Of a DNA stretch of 64,000 nucleotides, positions 28,739 through 38,580 are shown piece after piece. The position numbers and the translations under genes were made by a program. Every line of letters begins with the position of its first letter. The first letter of the stretch is position 1. Below the pieces are notes generated by a model. It was not told where the DNA came from, ran no database searches, and was given only the letters and a program-made list of their open reading frames with translations. Origin of the DNA: Dehalococcoidia bacterium. GTDB taxonomy: Bacteria > Chloroflexota > Dehalococcoidia > Lucifugimonadales > UBA2985. The stretch spans positions 9,243 through 73,242 of the forward strand of contig JACVQK010000004.1 in NCBI GenBank assembly GCA_015661155.1, written 5' to 3'.

Positions 28739-29902
28739 ATGCATACAAACCACAGTAATTTGGATATCGGTTTCAATTCCAGCGAAGCGCTCTATCTGCA
28801 AATCGCTGACCATTTCAGGAGGCAGATCGCCTTCGACAGACTGCGTCCCGGCGACCGCATGCCGACCATTCGGGACCTTGCAGAGAAGCTAGGGCTTGAT
28901 CCAGGAACCGTTGCAAGGGCTTACCGAGAGCTGGAGAGAGAGGGAGTCATCACAAGCCGGCGCGGCAGCGGCAGCTTTGTTTCGGGAAGTGCGAGCCAAC
29001 AGCACCTGGCTGAACAGCAACGGAAACATCTGGGGGTATTGCTGGAGAAGACCATCCTGGAGGCGCTGGGCCTTGGCTTCACCACGGAAGACATAGAAGC
29101 CGCTTTTGCCCCGCGATTGGCCGAGTGGAGAAAGCGTCGCATCCAGTCCTCCCCAAAACCAGAGGCCATTGCCCCGCCGCAGGCCAATGAGATTCGCTTC
29201 TTTGGCAGTCATGACCTTGTCGTGGACCTTCTGGCGAGGCACATGGGCATCCTCTACCAGGACACTCGCTTCGCCACCTCTTTTGTGGGAAGCCTTGCCG
29301 GTCTTATGGCCCTGGAAAATCGAGATGCGGACATTGCCGGCTCACATCTGATAGACAACGATAGCGGCGAGTTCAATATCCCTTTCATAAAGAGACTCAT
29401 GCCCAATGAGACCGTCGTTTTGATGAACCTGGTACAACGAATTCAGGGATTGATGGTCGCGCCAGGGAACCCAAAACACATCACAGGCATAGGGGACCTG
29501 AAGAGGCCGGATGTTACATTCGTAAACAGGCAAAAGGGGTCTGGAACCCGCATGTTACTCGATTCTCAGCTTCTGAAATTGGGCATACAGCCATCTGAGA
29601 TCAGTGGCTATGAGCGCGAAGAGAACACGCACATAGCAGTCGCCACCATCGTTGCCCAAGGGCAGGCCGACGTAGGGCTTGGAGCTCAATCAGCGGCTGA
29701 CGTTGCCGGACTTGATTTCATGCCGCTGGTCAAAGAACGGTATGACCTCGTCAGCCGGCAAGAAACCTTTGAACAACCTAGCCTGCAAAGGATAAGGGGG
29801 GTGCTCTGCAACGAGAGCTTTCGGAGGATGATCAGCTCAATGCCAGGCTACGACCTCTCCGAGACTGGCAGCATCATAACCGTCAAGCCAAAACCAGGTT
29901 GA
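28739..29902 (+). CDS. GntR-type HTH regulator fused to a periplasmic-binding-protein-like (molybdate/tungstate-type) domain
   Basis: N-terminal LPTIRDLAEKLGLDPGTVARAYRELEREGVITSRRGSGSFV and a C-terminal PBP-like domain. It sits immediately upstream of the tup-like transporter. Confidence 0.65.
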   Translation: MHTNHSNLDIGFNSSEALYLQIADHFRRQIAFDRLRPGDRMPTIRDLAEKLGLDPGTVARAYRELEREGVITSRRGSGSFVSGSASQQHLAEQQRKHLGVLLEKTILEALGLGFTTEDIEAAFAPRLAEWRKRRIQSSPKPEAIAPPQANEIRFFGSHDLVVDLLARHMGILYQDTRFATSFVGSLAGLMALENRDADIAGSHLIDNDSGEFNIPFIKRLMPNETVVLMNLVQRIQGLMVAPGNPKHITGIGDLKRPDVTFVNRQKGSGTRMLLDSQLLKLGIQPSEISGYEREENTHIAVATIVAQGQADVGLGAQSAADVAGLDFMPLVKERYDLVSRQETFEQPSLQRIRGVLCNESFRRMISSMPGYDLSETGSIITVKPKPG

Positions 29903-29913
29903 AAGGGAGAGGA

Positions 29914-30897
29914 ATGAAAGTCGCTCTTCACGTGTACCCTCGGTTGCAACACCGGGTCGGTAGACCTTCCGAAAGTCGGCACATTGGATTCCTCGGCACC
30001 ACTCTGGTGGTCGCTTTTCTCATGGCCCTCACTCTTCTCATGGTGGGATGCTCCAGCTCAGCCACCCCTGTTCCTCTGACTCCTGCACCAACCGCGACGG
30101 CCACACCGATGCCACCCAAACCAGCCAATCCAGAGTTGATCCTATCGTCAACTACCAGCACCAGGGATTCCGGGCTGCTGGATGTGCTCATCCCAATCTT
30201 TCAGCAGAAGACCGGGTACCAGGTGAAACCCATCTACAGTGGGTCTGGGGCAGCCATGGCTCTGGGACAGAAGGGAGAGGCGGACGTGCTTCTGGTGCAT
30301 GCACCTGACTCTGAAGTAACGTTCATGCAGGGAGGCTATGGCATCAGCCGCAGGCTGGTCATGCACAACGATTTCATCTTCGTGGGGCCTGCCTCCGACC
30401 CTGCGGGCATAAAGGGAACCACATCTGCACTGGACGCCATGAAGAAACTGGCTGCGACAGAAGTCCCCTTCTACAGCCGCGGCGACGATTCCGGAACGGA
30501 CCAGTTGGAGAAGAAACTCTGGAGAACCGCAGGGATCACGCCAGACAGGGCCTGGTATTTTGAGGCCGGTCTTGGCATGGGTGACTTGCTGCGCGTCGCA
30601 TCTGAGAAGGCAGCCTACACCATCACCGACCGGGCCACCTACTTGGCCAACCAGAAAACGGTGAGCCTGGATGTTCTGGTGCAGGGCGATCCATCCCTGC
30701 TCAATGTCTACCATGTCATTCAGGTCAATCCACAGTTGTCCACCCTGATCAATGCCGAAGGGGCCAGGGCCTTTGCCGACTTCATGGTAGACCCAGCTAC
30801 GCAGCTGCTGATAAGCAAGTTTGGAGTGGACACCTACGGCCAGCCGCTGTTTTTCCCAGATGCAGGCAAGACCGAAGCTGGCCTGGGGTCCAAGTAA
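29914..30897 (+). CDS. tupA: Tungstate-type ABC transporter substrate-binding lipoprotein (TupA-like)
   Basis: Lipobox-like LLMVGC, a T/P/A linker, then LILSSTTSTRDSGLLDVLIP..VLLVHAPDSE..NDFIFVGP..DPAGI, the TupA-type signature. ATG 29914 follows AGGGAGAGG. Confidence 0.75.
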   Translation: MKVALHVYPRLQHRVGRPSESRHIGFLGTTLVVAFLMALTLLMVGCSSSATPVPLTPAPTATATPMPPKPANPELILSSTTSTRDSGLLDVLIPIFQQKTGYQVKPIYSGSGAAMALGQKGEADVLLVHAPDSEVTFMQGGYGISRRLVMHNDFIFVGPASDPAGIKGTTSALDAMKKLAATEVPFYSRGDDSGTDQLEKKLWRTAGITPDRAWYFEAGLGMGDLLRVASEKAAYTITDRATYLANQKTVSLDVLVQGDPSLLNVYHVIQVNPQLSTLINAEGARAFADFMVDPATQLLISKFGVDTYGQPLFFPDAGKTEAGLGSK

Positions 30898-30967
30898 TAA
30901 GATGAGCAATGCCCCTCCCATGAAACAGGGGAGGGGCGTGGTGCATCGCACATGAGGAGTCTCTGAC

Positions 30968-31666
30968 ATGGGAGTGCTCGCCGATGGTGTTGTCCAGGCA
31001 TTCCAGCTTCTGATCCATGGCGACCCGAAGGTCATACAGATAGCTCTGCTTTCCCTGGTTGTGTCTGGCATGGCCACCCTGCTTAGCCTTTGCGCAGGCA
31101 TTCCAGTGGGCAGTGCCCTGGCGCTGGCGCGGTTTCCAGGCAGACAGGTCCTGGTTAGCCTTGTCAACACCGGCATGGGAGCGCCACCAGTGGTGGTGGG
31201 GCTTGTTGTCACCATCTTCCTGTGGCGCAGCGGTCCGCTGGGGGTGCTTCACCTCCTCTACACGCCCTCGGCCATGATCACCGCGCAGTTCATCATTGCG
31301 TTCCCGGTTGTTGCCGGTTTCACCATGGCCGCCGTCCAACAGCTTGATCCCAAGCTGCGCTTACAGATACAGGCCCTGGGAGCTTCACGCTTTCAGATGG
31401 TCTGGCTGTTGTTGAGAGAAGCCCGGCTGCCTCTGCTTGCTGCCGTCATGGCTGGTTTCGGCGCGGTGATATCCGAGGTTGGCGCTTCCATGATGGTGGG
31501 CGGCAACATCTCGGGACAGACGCGAGTGCTGACCACCAGCATTGTGGCAGAGGCCAGCAGGGGTGATTTTGCCCTGGCCATAGCCCTCAGCGTGATCCTC
31601 CTGGCTCTTGTATACCTGGTCAATCTTGCACTGACGCTGATTCAGCAACGGGGCAGGACACGATGA
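30968..31666 (+). CDS. tupB: ABC transporter permease (TupB-like)
   Basis: 232 aa polytopic protein with an ATGA overlap with the ATPase gene. Confidence 0.75.
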   Translation: MGVLADGVVQAFQLLIHGDPKVIQIALLSLVVSGMATLLSLCAGIPVGSALALARFPGRQVLVSLVNTGMGAPPVVVGLVVTIFLWRSGPLGVLHLLYTPSAMITAQFIIAFPVVAGFTMAAVQQLDPKLRLQIQALGASRFQMVWLLLREARLPLLAAVMAGFGAVISEVGASMMVGGNISGQTRVLTTSIVAEASRGDFALAIALSVILLALVYLVNLALTLIQQRGRTR

Positions 31667-32829
31667 GCGGAGCGATGCCCCCAGACATGGCCAAGGGGCT
31701 GGAAGCAACAAAGCTGTCCGTCATGTTAGGTGGGCACCAGGTCCTGGACATACCTTCGTTTGACGTTCGCCCGGGTGAAGTGCTGGTTATCATCGGCCCA
31801 AATGGGTCGGGCAAGACCACTCTCCTCCTTTCTCTGGCTTCGTTGCTGAAACCGACAACGGGAACGGTCCTCTACCAGGGGATTCCCTATAGGGAGGGGC
31901 TTTCCGCATTGCAGCTTCGCCGCAAGTTTGCGGTGGTGTTCCAGGAGCCTCTGTTGCTCAATACCACGGTATGGGACAACGTGGCTCTTGGATTGCGTCT
32001 GCGGAGGATTGGACACCACGAGACGAATGAGAGAGTGAAGAAATGGCTTGCTCGCTTTGGCATGGCGCCGCTGGCAAGGAGACAGGCCAGGTCACTTTCT
32101 GGAGGCGAGGCCAAGCGAGTCAGCCTGGCACGGGCCTTTGCTCTGCAGCCCGAAGTGCTCTTTTTGGATGAACCCTTCACCGCCCTTGACAGCCCGACAC
32201 GCCAGGCATTGATTGAGGATTTTGAAAGCGTCTTGCGGGAGACCAAGGTCACGACCGTCATGGTTACCCATGAACGCAATGAAGCCCTTGTGCTGGCAGA
32301 CCGCGTAGCTGTACTCATGAATGGGCGCATGCGCCAGATTGGCACGCCAGAAGAGGTGTTCTCACGCCCAGCAGACGAGGAGACTGCCAGCTTCGTGGAG
32401 GCAGGAAACATACTGCATGGTGTGATTGGCTCGCAAAACAACGAGCTGGTGACCCTGGACACCAATGGGCAGGAGATTCAGGCTATCTCAGCCCTTGATC
32501 TCACAGTGGGTACGGAAGTAATCGCCTATTTGCATTATGAGGATGTCACCATCTCGCTGCCTTCGCCCCAGGCCATGTCCAGCAGTGCTCGCAATCAACC
32601 AAGGGGCAGGATAGTCAAGACCTCGCCCGTCGCCGGTTCCCAGGTGAAGGTCACCCTGGATTGTGGCTTTCCTCTTGCTGCAGTCATCACCAAACGTTCC
32701 TGGCAGGAGCTTGGGCTGGAGTTGGGCCAGGTGGTGGCGGCTTCCTTCAAGGCATCCTCCGTCCATTTGATACCCATTCCAGGCAAGCCAAGCGGCCTTT
32801 CTCCAGGGGTTTCGGAGCCAGCCAGCTAG
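31663..32829 (+). CDS. tupC: ABC transporter ATP-binding protein with a C-terminal TOBE/Mop-like domain (TupC-like)
   Basis: Walker A GPNGSGKT, signature LSGGEAKR, Walker B LFLDEP, and a roughly 130-aa C-terminal extension. Confidence 0.8.
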   Translation: MSGAMPPDMAKGLEATKLSVMLGGHQVLDIPSFDVRPGEVLVIIGPNGSGKTTLLLSLASLLKPTTGTVLYQGIPYREGLSALQLRRKFAVVFQEPLLLNTTVWDNVALGLRLRRIGHHETNERVKKWLARFGMAPLARRQARSLSGGEAKRVSLARAFALQPEVLFLDEPFTALDSPTRQALIEDFESVLRETKVTTVMVTHERNEALVLADRVAVLMNGRMRQIGTPEEVFSRPADEETASFVEAGNILHGVIGSQNNELVTLDTNGQEIQAISALDLTVGTEVIAYLHYEDVTISLPSPQAMSSSARNQPRGRIVKTSPVAGSQVKVTLDCGFPLAAVITKRSWQELGLELGQVVAASFKASSVHLIPIPGKPSGLSPGVSEPAS

Positions 32830-32982
32830 ACCATGTGAGCCTGGCGCAAGCGGGGTGCATTGGTATCGTGGTCAGGCTGATGTGAATTGGCAACTTGTAC
32901 CGTACCAAGGTTGGGGCGTTCCGTGAGGACAACGGGGCGTGGATGGCCGGTGGGATAGGCTCTGGTAGCCGTCGGTGATATA

Positions 32983-34242
32983 ATGCCCTGGGCTTTCAGT
33001 CCCAACCCGGGTGAGGCTGAAAGAAGCGCGGAGCAAGCGGAGGTGCTTCTCAGGGGAGCCCGACGCCTGGAACTCGACCAGGATGAAAACCAGGCCGCCC
33101 TGTTCCAACGACACCTCCCGGAGCTGGTAGAAGGGGTCTGCTCTGAACTCATCAATGGAGACACGGCCATCCCCGCTGTGAACGGGACTCCCCCTCCCGG
33201 CCAGAAACCCGTATCCCTGGGACGAAGGGTATTTTCCATCCCAACCCTGGTCTCCTTTGCCATTGCCGCGGCCTTCCTGATCTCCCTGGTGACCCGCTTC
33301 GACATAGACTGGGAGACGACCTGGAGCAAGCTGAGGGCCAGCAATCCATACCTTTATGGGGCTGCCTTTGCCTCCTACTATTTCGGTTTCTTCCTCAGGG
33401 GGCTCCGCTGGCGGATCATGCTGTCCAACGCCCAGGGGCAGGGTGAATCCTCCCGAAAGCTCCCCTCCACCCTGGCCTGTGCCCAGTACGTTTTCCTGGG
33501 ATGGTTTGCCAACACCGTAACCTGGTTTCGCCTGGGAGACGCCTACAGGGCCTACGTATTCACCGAGGACACCGGATACAGCTTTTCTCGCACCGCGGGG
33601 ACGCTGTTGGCGGAGCGGGTCATGGACGTGGTCACGGTCTTTGTGCTCCTGGTAGTGGCCTCCCTGGCCCTGTTCGGCGCTGGCGATATGGGTCGATTTG
33701 GGCTATTCCTGGGGGGAGCGCTGCTCCTGGTGCTCATTGGAGTGGCGGGGCTATTGGCTATGAAGCAGTTCGGGACGCGCCTGGCCCGCCTGCTGCCGGC
33801 CCGCCTGAAGAGCTCTTACGACCGCTTTCACCAGGGCGCTCTGGGGAGCTTCGGGCAGTTGCCTCTTCTGCTGGTCATAAGCCTTCTGACGTGGTTCACC
33901 GAGGTGGGCCGCCTCTTCTTCGTCATTCAAGCCCTGGGCCTCTCGGAGGCGACGGGGTTCCCTCTGGTCCTCTTTGTGACCCTGGCAAATGCCATCCTGA
34001 CCACCGTTCCCATAACCCCCGGGGGATTGGGCATAGTGGAGCCGGGCATTGTGGGGCTGTTGACCCTCAGCATGGCCCGCAGCGAGGCCCTCTCGGCGAC
34101 CCTCCTGGACCGCTCCATCAGCTATCTGAGCATTGTGGTGCTGGGAGGGCTGGTGTTTCTGTTGCGCCAGCTCAGCCGGCGTCGAAGAGGGAAAACATCC
34201 CTGGACTCTTCATCGGGTCGAGGTGGTAGCACCCTGGAGTAA
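32983..34242 (+). CDS. Flippase-like / lysylphosphatidylglycerol-synthase TM-region family (UPF0104) membrane protein
   Basis: ..FFLRGLRWRIML.. with multiple TM segments. The N-terminus is uncertain because a TATAAT-like hexamer overlaps the tracked ATG. Confidence 0.65.
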   Translation: MPWAFSPNPGEAERSAEQAEVLLRGARRLELDQDENQAALFQRHLPELVEGVCSELINGDTAIPAVNGTPPPGQKPVSLGRRVFSIPTLVSFAIAAAFLISLVTRFDIDWETTWSKLRASNPYLYGAAFASYYFGFFLRGLRWRIMLSNAQGQGESSRKLPSTLACAQYVFLGWFANTVTWFRLGDAYRAYVFTEDTGYSFSRTAGTLLAERVMDVVTVFVLLVVASLALFGAGDMGRFGLFLGGALLLVLIGVAGLLAMKQFGTRLARLLPARLKSSYDRFHQGALGSFGQLPLLLVISLLTWFTEVGRLFFVIQALGLSEATGFPLVLFVTLANAILTTVPITPGGLGIVEPGIVGLLTLSMARSEALSATLLDRSISYLSIVVLGGLVFLLRQLSRRRRGKTSLDSSSGRGGSTLE

Positions 34243-34306
34243 AAGAAGGGGCCGCCCCCTCTGGGAGCGGCCCCTTGCCCTTGCTGCCCGGGTTCCTAGT
34301 AGGTCG

Positions 34307-34428
34307 CTGGAAAACCCTTTCGACCATCCCCCTGTCCCCCTTCCTGGTCAGGAAGGGGGGAGAATTTGCATCTGGGGGACACCCCCAGACCCCCGTCAAA
34401 GGGGCTGCGCCCCTCTGCACTCCCCCTC
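34307..34428 (+). repeat. Family A repeat, copy A3 (M1+M3, no M2)
   Basis: Near-identical to 58233..58353. It directly follows the groEL stop on the minus strand. Confidence 0.9.
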
Positions 34429-34441
34429 TTTCAGCAGCCTC

Positions 34442-36052
34442 CTAGTAGTCCATGGGAGGCATAGAAGGCGTGCTCTTCGCCTCTGGGATGTCCGTTATCA
34501 GGGACTCGGTGGTGAGAATCATGGTAGCCACGCTGGCAGCATTCTCCACCGCTGCCCGGGTTACCTTGGCCGGGTCAATGATACCCCGCTGCATGAGGTG
34601 TCCGTACTCCTCGGCATCGGCATCAAAGCCCCAATCGCCCTTTCCCTTCCGCACCGCGTCCAGGACCACGGACCCCTCATGGCCGGAGTTCTCGGCGATG
34701 AGCCGGAGGGGTGTCTCCATGGCCTTCTGCATGATCCGCACCCCGGTTGCCTCATCCCCCCCTCGGGTCTGTATGTTCTTGAGGGCCTCTATGGCCCTCA
34801 CCAGGGCCACACCACCCCCGGGTACAATCCCCTCCTCCACCGCGGCCCGGGTTGCAGAGAGGGCGTCCTCTACCCTGCTCTTCTTCTCCTTCATCTCCAC
34901 CTCAGTGGCGGCTCCCACCTTGATGATGGCCACGCCCCCAGCCAGCTTGGCCTGCCGCTCCTGAAGCTTTTCCTTATCGTAGTCGGAGGTGCTCTCCTCA
35001 ATCTGGCTTCTGATGGACTTGATACGGGCCTCGATAGCCTTCTCGGAGCCCATTCCTCCCACGATGGTGGTCTCCTCTTTGGAGGCAACCACTCGGCGCG
35101 CCCGACCCAGGTCCTCCACGGTAACCGAGTCCAGCTTGCGGCCCACCTCTTCACCGATAACAGTGGCACCGGTGAGGATGGCCATGTCCTCTATCATGGC
35201 CTTGCGTCGGTCGCCGAAGCCGGGCGCCTTCACTGCCAGGGGGCTCAGAGTACCCCTCAGCTTGTTTACCACCAGGGTGGCCAGGGCCTCCCCCTCCACC
35301 TCCTCGGCAATGACCACAATGCTCTTGGTTACCCCCAGGGCCTTCTCCAGAGCGGGAAGGATATCCGAAACTGAGGAAATCTTCTTGTCGGTGATGAGGA
35401 TGTAGGGGTTCTCTATCACCGCCTCCATCCGGTCTGGGTTGGTGATGAAGTAGGGGCTGATGTACCCTCTATCGAACTGCATCCCCTCCACAAACTCCTT
35501 CTCGTACTGGAGGCCCTTGGACTCCTCCACGGTGATGACCCCGTCCTTGCCCACCTTCTCCATCACCTCCGCGATGAGCTCTCCGATCGCGTGCTCATGG
35601 GCGGAGAGGGATGCCACCTGGGCTATCTGCTCCCTCCCCTGGACGGGAGTCGCCATTCTCTTGATCTCCTCTTTTATGGCCACCACCGCCTTCTCAATGC
35701 CCCGCTTGAGGGCCATGGGGTCCGCCCCCGCGGCGACGTTCTTGAAACCCTCCTGGACAATGGTCTGGGCCAGCACCGTGGCTGTGGTGGTCCCGTCTCC
35801 AGCCATGTCGTTGGTCTTGCTGGCCGCTTCCTTCAGGAGCTGGGCGCCCATGTTCTCAAAGGGGTCCTTCAGATCGATCTCCTTGGCTATGGTCACGCCA
35901 TCGCTGCACACCGAAGGGGGACCGAACGCCTTGTCCAGGATAACGCTGCGCCCCCTGGGGCCCAGGGTCACCCTGACGCTGGAGGCAACCTGATCCACCC
36001 CACTCTTTAAAGCCTTCCTGGCGTCCTCACCGAAACACAGTTGCTTTGGCAT
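34442..36052 (-). CDS. groL: Chaperonin GroEL
   Basis: ..[12 protein letters not shown].. and the C-terminal ..PSMPPMDY, 536 aa. Confidence 0.97.
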   Translation of the reverse strand: MPKQLCFGEDARKALKSGVDQVASSVRVTLGPRGRSVILDKAFGPPSVCSDGVTIAKEIDLKDPFENMGAQLLKEAASKTNDMAGDGTTTATVLAQTIVQEGFKNVAAGADPMALKRGIEKAVVAIKEEIKRMATPVQGREQIAQVASLSAHEHAIGELIAEVMEKVGKDGVITVEESKGLQYEKEFVEGMQFDRGYISPYFITNPDRMEAVIENPYILITDKKISSVSDILPALEKALGVTKSIVVIAEEVEGEALATLVVNKLRGTLSPLAVKAPGFGDRRKAMIEDMAILTGATVIGEEVGRKLDSVTVEDLGRARRVVASKEETTIVGGMGSEKAIEARIKSIRSQIEESTSDYDKEKLQERQAKLAGGVAIIKVGAATEVEMKEKKSRVEDALSATRAAVEEGIVPGGGVALVRAIEALKNIQTRGGDEATGVRIMQKAMETPLRLIAENSGHEGSVVLDAVRKGKGDWGFDADAEEYGHLMQRGIIDPAKVTRAAVENAASVATMILTTESLITDIPEAKSTPSMPPMDY

Positions 36053-36085
36053 TGTTCTCTCCTTTTATAATTTGACGGGTTGTGA

Positions 36086-36379
36086 CTAGGCGATCCTTGC
36101 CATGACGTCGCTCTCCCTCAGAATCAGGTAATCCTCGCCCTCCTCCTTGATCTCGCTTCCGGCGTACTTGGAGTAGATCACTCGGTCGCCGACCTTCACC
36201 TCCATGGCGATCCGCTTTCCATCATCACCGGTTCGCCCCGGCCCAACGGCGATGATCTCGCCCTCTTGCGGTCTCTCCTTGGCGCTATCCGGAAGGACTA
36301 GTCCCCCAGCGGAGACCTCTTCTCGCTCAATGGGCTTGACCACCACACGGTCAGCTAAGGGTTGGAATTTTCGTGCCAC
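36086..36379 (-). CDS. groS: Co-chaperonin GroES
   Basis: KFQPLADRVVVKP.. GTG 36379 lies 5 nt after GGAGG and is preferred over the tracked TTG 36397. Confidence 0.9.
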   Translation of the reverse strand: MARKFQPLADRVVVKPIEREEVSAGGLVLPDSAKERPQEGEIIAVGPGRTGDDGKRIAMEVKVGDRVIYSKYAGSEIKEEGEDYLILRESDVMARIA

Positions 36380-36420
36380 CTGCTCCTCCTTCTGCAACTT
36401 GGTTTCTGAATCTGCCTACT

Positions 36421-36447
36421 TTAGCAGTCTCGCCCTGAGACTGCTAA
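36421..36447. promoter_or_regulatory. CIRCE operator (HrcA site): TTAGCAGTC-N9-GACTGCTAA
   Basis: It matches the TTAGCACTC-N9-GAGTGCTAA consensus with one change per arm. It lies 42 nt upstream of groES. Confidence 0.85.
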
Positions 36448-36600
36448 CCAGCGATAGTATAGAGAGGGGCCTGAACCTTGTCAATGGGACGCCCTCGCCC
36501 TGCTTTGCACTGGGTTGTTGACACGGGCCTCAAGCCCCCTTACATTAGATTGGAGGCTTGGCAGTCCGCGACTGCGGTTGCACTATCATGGAGGGAGAGA

Positions 36601-36828
36601 ATGCCTACCTACGAGTACGAGTGTGGAAGCTGTCACCATCGCTTCGATCTGAAGCAGGGCTTTGATGCAGAGCCGGTGGAGCCTTGTCCCCTCTGCCATG
36701 AGCAATCCCGCCGGAGGTTCCACGCTCCTACCATTATCTCCAAGAGCGACCGCGTCTTCTACTCTGACTTCCTCGGGAAAGAGGACATACCCCCAGATGC
36801 GAGGGAAAGAAACGAGGAGCACCGGTAA
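36601..36828 (+). CDS. FmdB-family zinc-ribbon protein (CxxC...CxxC)
   Basis: MPTYEYECGSCHHRFDLKQ..PCPLCH. ATG 36601 follows GGAGGGAGAG. Confidence 0.8.
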   Translation: MPTYEYECGSCHHRFDLKQGFDAEPVEPCPLCHEQSRRRFHAPTIISKSDRVFYSDFLGKEDIPPDARERNEEHR

Positions 36829-36883
36829 GGGGTCAGGTGCTCCCGGGCCCGCCGATGGCAGCGTCTGGAGGAGGGTGCTGGGA

Positions 36884-38077
36884 TCAGGGAGGTGCGGGAG
36901 GCCCCCCCTGGCGAAGGAGTTTCTCTCTCAGCTCGCGCCTCCGCTGGAGGTACTCCTCCCTCCCCAGCTCTCCCCGCTGGAACTGGTCATCCAGCCGGGC
37001 CATGTCCTCGATGGTAGCGGGGTCTTGCCCCTCGCCCTCACGAGCCGAAGAACGTGTTCTCGCCAGCTTTCCTCTGCGGAGGAGGACGTAGGCCAGCAGG
37101 GCAAGCAGGGCCAAACCAAAGACCCCGGGAACAGCCCACAGGGCCAAATCCCCCCCCGGCATGGCGTCCCGCCACCGCTGCCATGAAGATTGTTGAGGCA
37201 GGCCGGTGAACTCCAGGGTAAGTTTGGCTCCTGCCTCCAGGCCCTCGGCCACCAGCTGTTGATATATTCCATCTTCAAAGAGGAGGGGCTCCACCTCCTG
37301 CAAACCCGTGCCACTGACCTGCCCCAGGTCCTGGAGGAGAAGAACCCGGAAGACATCGGCACCAAGGGGGAAGGAGTGGGTGAAGGGCATCTTGCCGTCC
37401 TCATAGGGCACGACGAAGGTGTAGTGAAGCTCGTGGCCCCCCGGAGGCACGGGAACAAGCAAGGCGAACCCCGCGCCCACCTGGATTAGCTGACCCTCCT
37501 GGAGGCTGCTCCGCACATCCAGCTCGCTGGCAGTGGTGGGAAGGGAGAAACGGAGGATGTCCATCGGCCCACCGGTGGTGATGTCCGGCACAAAGGTGCG
37601 ATCCCCGGTGTTTTCCAGGCTCACCAGCTCGAAGACGGTCATGAGCCGGCTCTTGGACTCAGCCCAGCCCACCATCAGCGTATGCCCTGCCACTCGAATC
37701 GCCTCGCTGCTGCTGGTGCTTTCATAGACCACCAGATCCACCGGCTCCGACGGCAGAGGGTAATCGCTCTCGTAGGTGTAGGTCACCCCCCCATACTCAG
37801 CGCTGATGATGTAGCCATGATTCTCGCCCCCTACCACTCCGGCAAAGAGAAAATGGCCCTGGTCATCGGCGACCGTTTCCCTGGTCTCCAGGCTCTCCCC
37901 CGATTTGAACACCTCCAGCGTAACGGTCAGCCCCTGGGGCGCATCTGCATCAAGGGTCCCGTTCAGCACCTGACCCTCGATGTCTATGGTCTCCTGGGCA
38001 TAGCCCGGAGAGGCCAGCAGGAGAAGACCCAGGATAAGAGTCATTCCCAGAAAGACACGCGTCACCCCTCTAATCAT
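36884..38077 (-). CDS. Hypothetical exported, C-terminally membrane-anchored protein with a SHOCT-like tail
   Basis: Signal peptide (LLLLASPGYAQE), a carboxypeptidase-regulatory-like beta-rich region, a TM segment (VPGVFGLALLALLAYVLL), then ..MARLDDQFQRGELGREEYLQRRRELREKL. The ATG overlaps the upstream stop (ATGATTAG). Confidence 0.6.
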   Translation of the reverse strand: MIRGVTRVFLGMTLILGLLLLASPGYAQETIDIEGQVLNGTLDADAPQGLTVTLEVFKSGESLETRETVADDQGHFLFAGVVGGENHGYIISAEYGGVTYTYESDYPLPSEPVDLVVYESTSSSEAIRVAGHTLMVGWAESKSRLMTVFELVSLENTGDRTFVPDITTGGPMDILRFSLPTTASELDVRSSLQEGQLIQVGAGFALLVPVPPGGHELHYTFVVPYEDGKMPFTHSFPLGADVFRVLLLQDLGQVSGTGLQEVEPLLFEDGIYQQLVAEGLEAGAKLTLEFTGLPQQSSWQRWRDAMPGGDLALWAVPGVFGLALLALLAYVLLRRGKLARTRSSAREGEGQDPATIEDMARLDDQFQRGELGREEYLQRRRELREKLLRQGGPPAPP

Positions 38078-38534
38078 GGGCTTTCTCCTCCGTGGACAGG
38101 TCTCTATCCGGGGAGAGCGCACACCGCGGACACACGACGGCCTTCGCGTCCATCTCTCCTCCGCATGAGGCGCAGCGCTTCACCGCCCTCACCGTTCCCC
38201 AGGACTTTCTAAGCTCCAGCGCCTCGTTCTCCATCTCCTCCTCCAGGCGAGCCATGGCCTGCTGGAGCTGATCCTGCTCCTGAAGGGCGTGGGCAGCCTT
38301 GAGACGCAAGGCCCTCAACTCCTCTTCATACTCCTCGTGGCGTACATTACCCAGCTCGTGGTCCAGGATGAGGGTCTGTATCTCCTCGTATATCTGTTGC
38401 TGCCGCCGCCTGACCTCCTCCAGGGGGTCCAGAGGAGAGATGGGGCCTGATGCGGGCCGCCCTCGCCTCAGTATCGGCCAAGCGAGAAGCACCATTGACA
38501 GCAGGGCCAGCGGGAGAGCTAAAAACAGGGCCAT
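38070..38534 (-). CDS. Hypothetical membrane protein: N-terminal TM, coiled coil, C-terminal zinc ribbon
   Basis: MALFLALPLALLSMVLLAWPIL.., then a heptad-rich segment, then CASCGG..CPRC. It lies between ccmF and the previous gene. Confidence 0.5.
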   Translation of the reverse strand: MALFLALPLALLSMVLLAWPILRRGRPASGPISPLDPLEEVRRRQQQIYEEIQTLILDHELGNVRHEEYEEELRALRLKAAHALQEQDQLQQAMARLEEEMENEALELRKSWGTVRAVKRCASCGGEMDAKAVVCPRCALSPDRDLSTEEKAHD

Positions 38535-38580
38535 ATCCACCCACCCTGGAAGGCCTGGTAGTTGAGGGTTCCGCTCAGCA

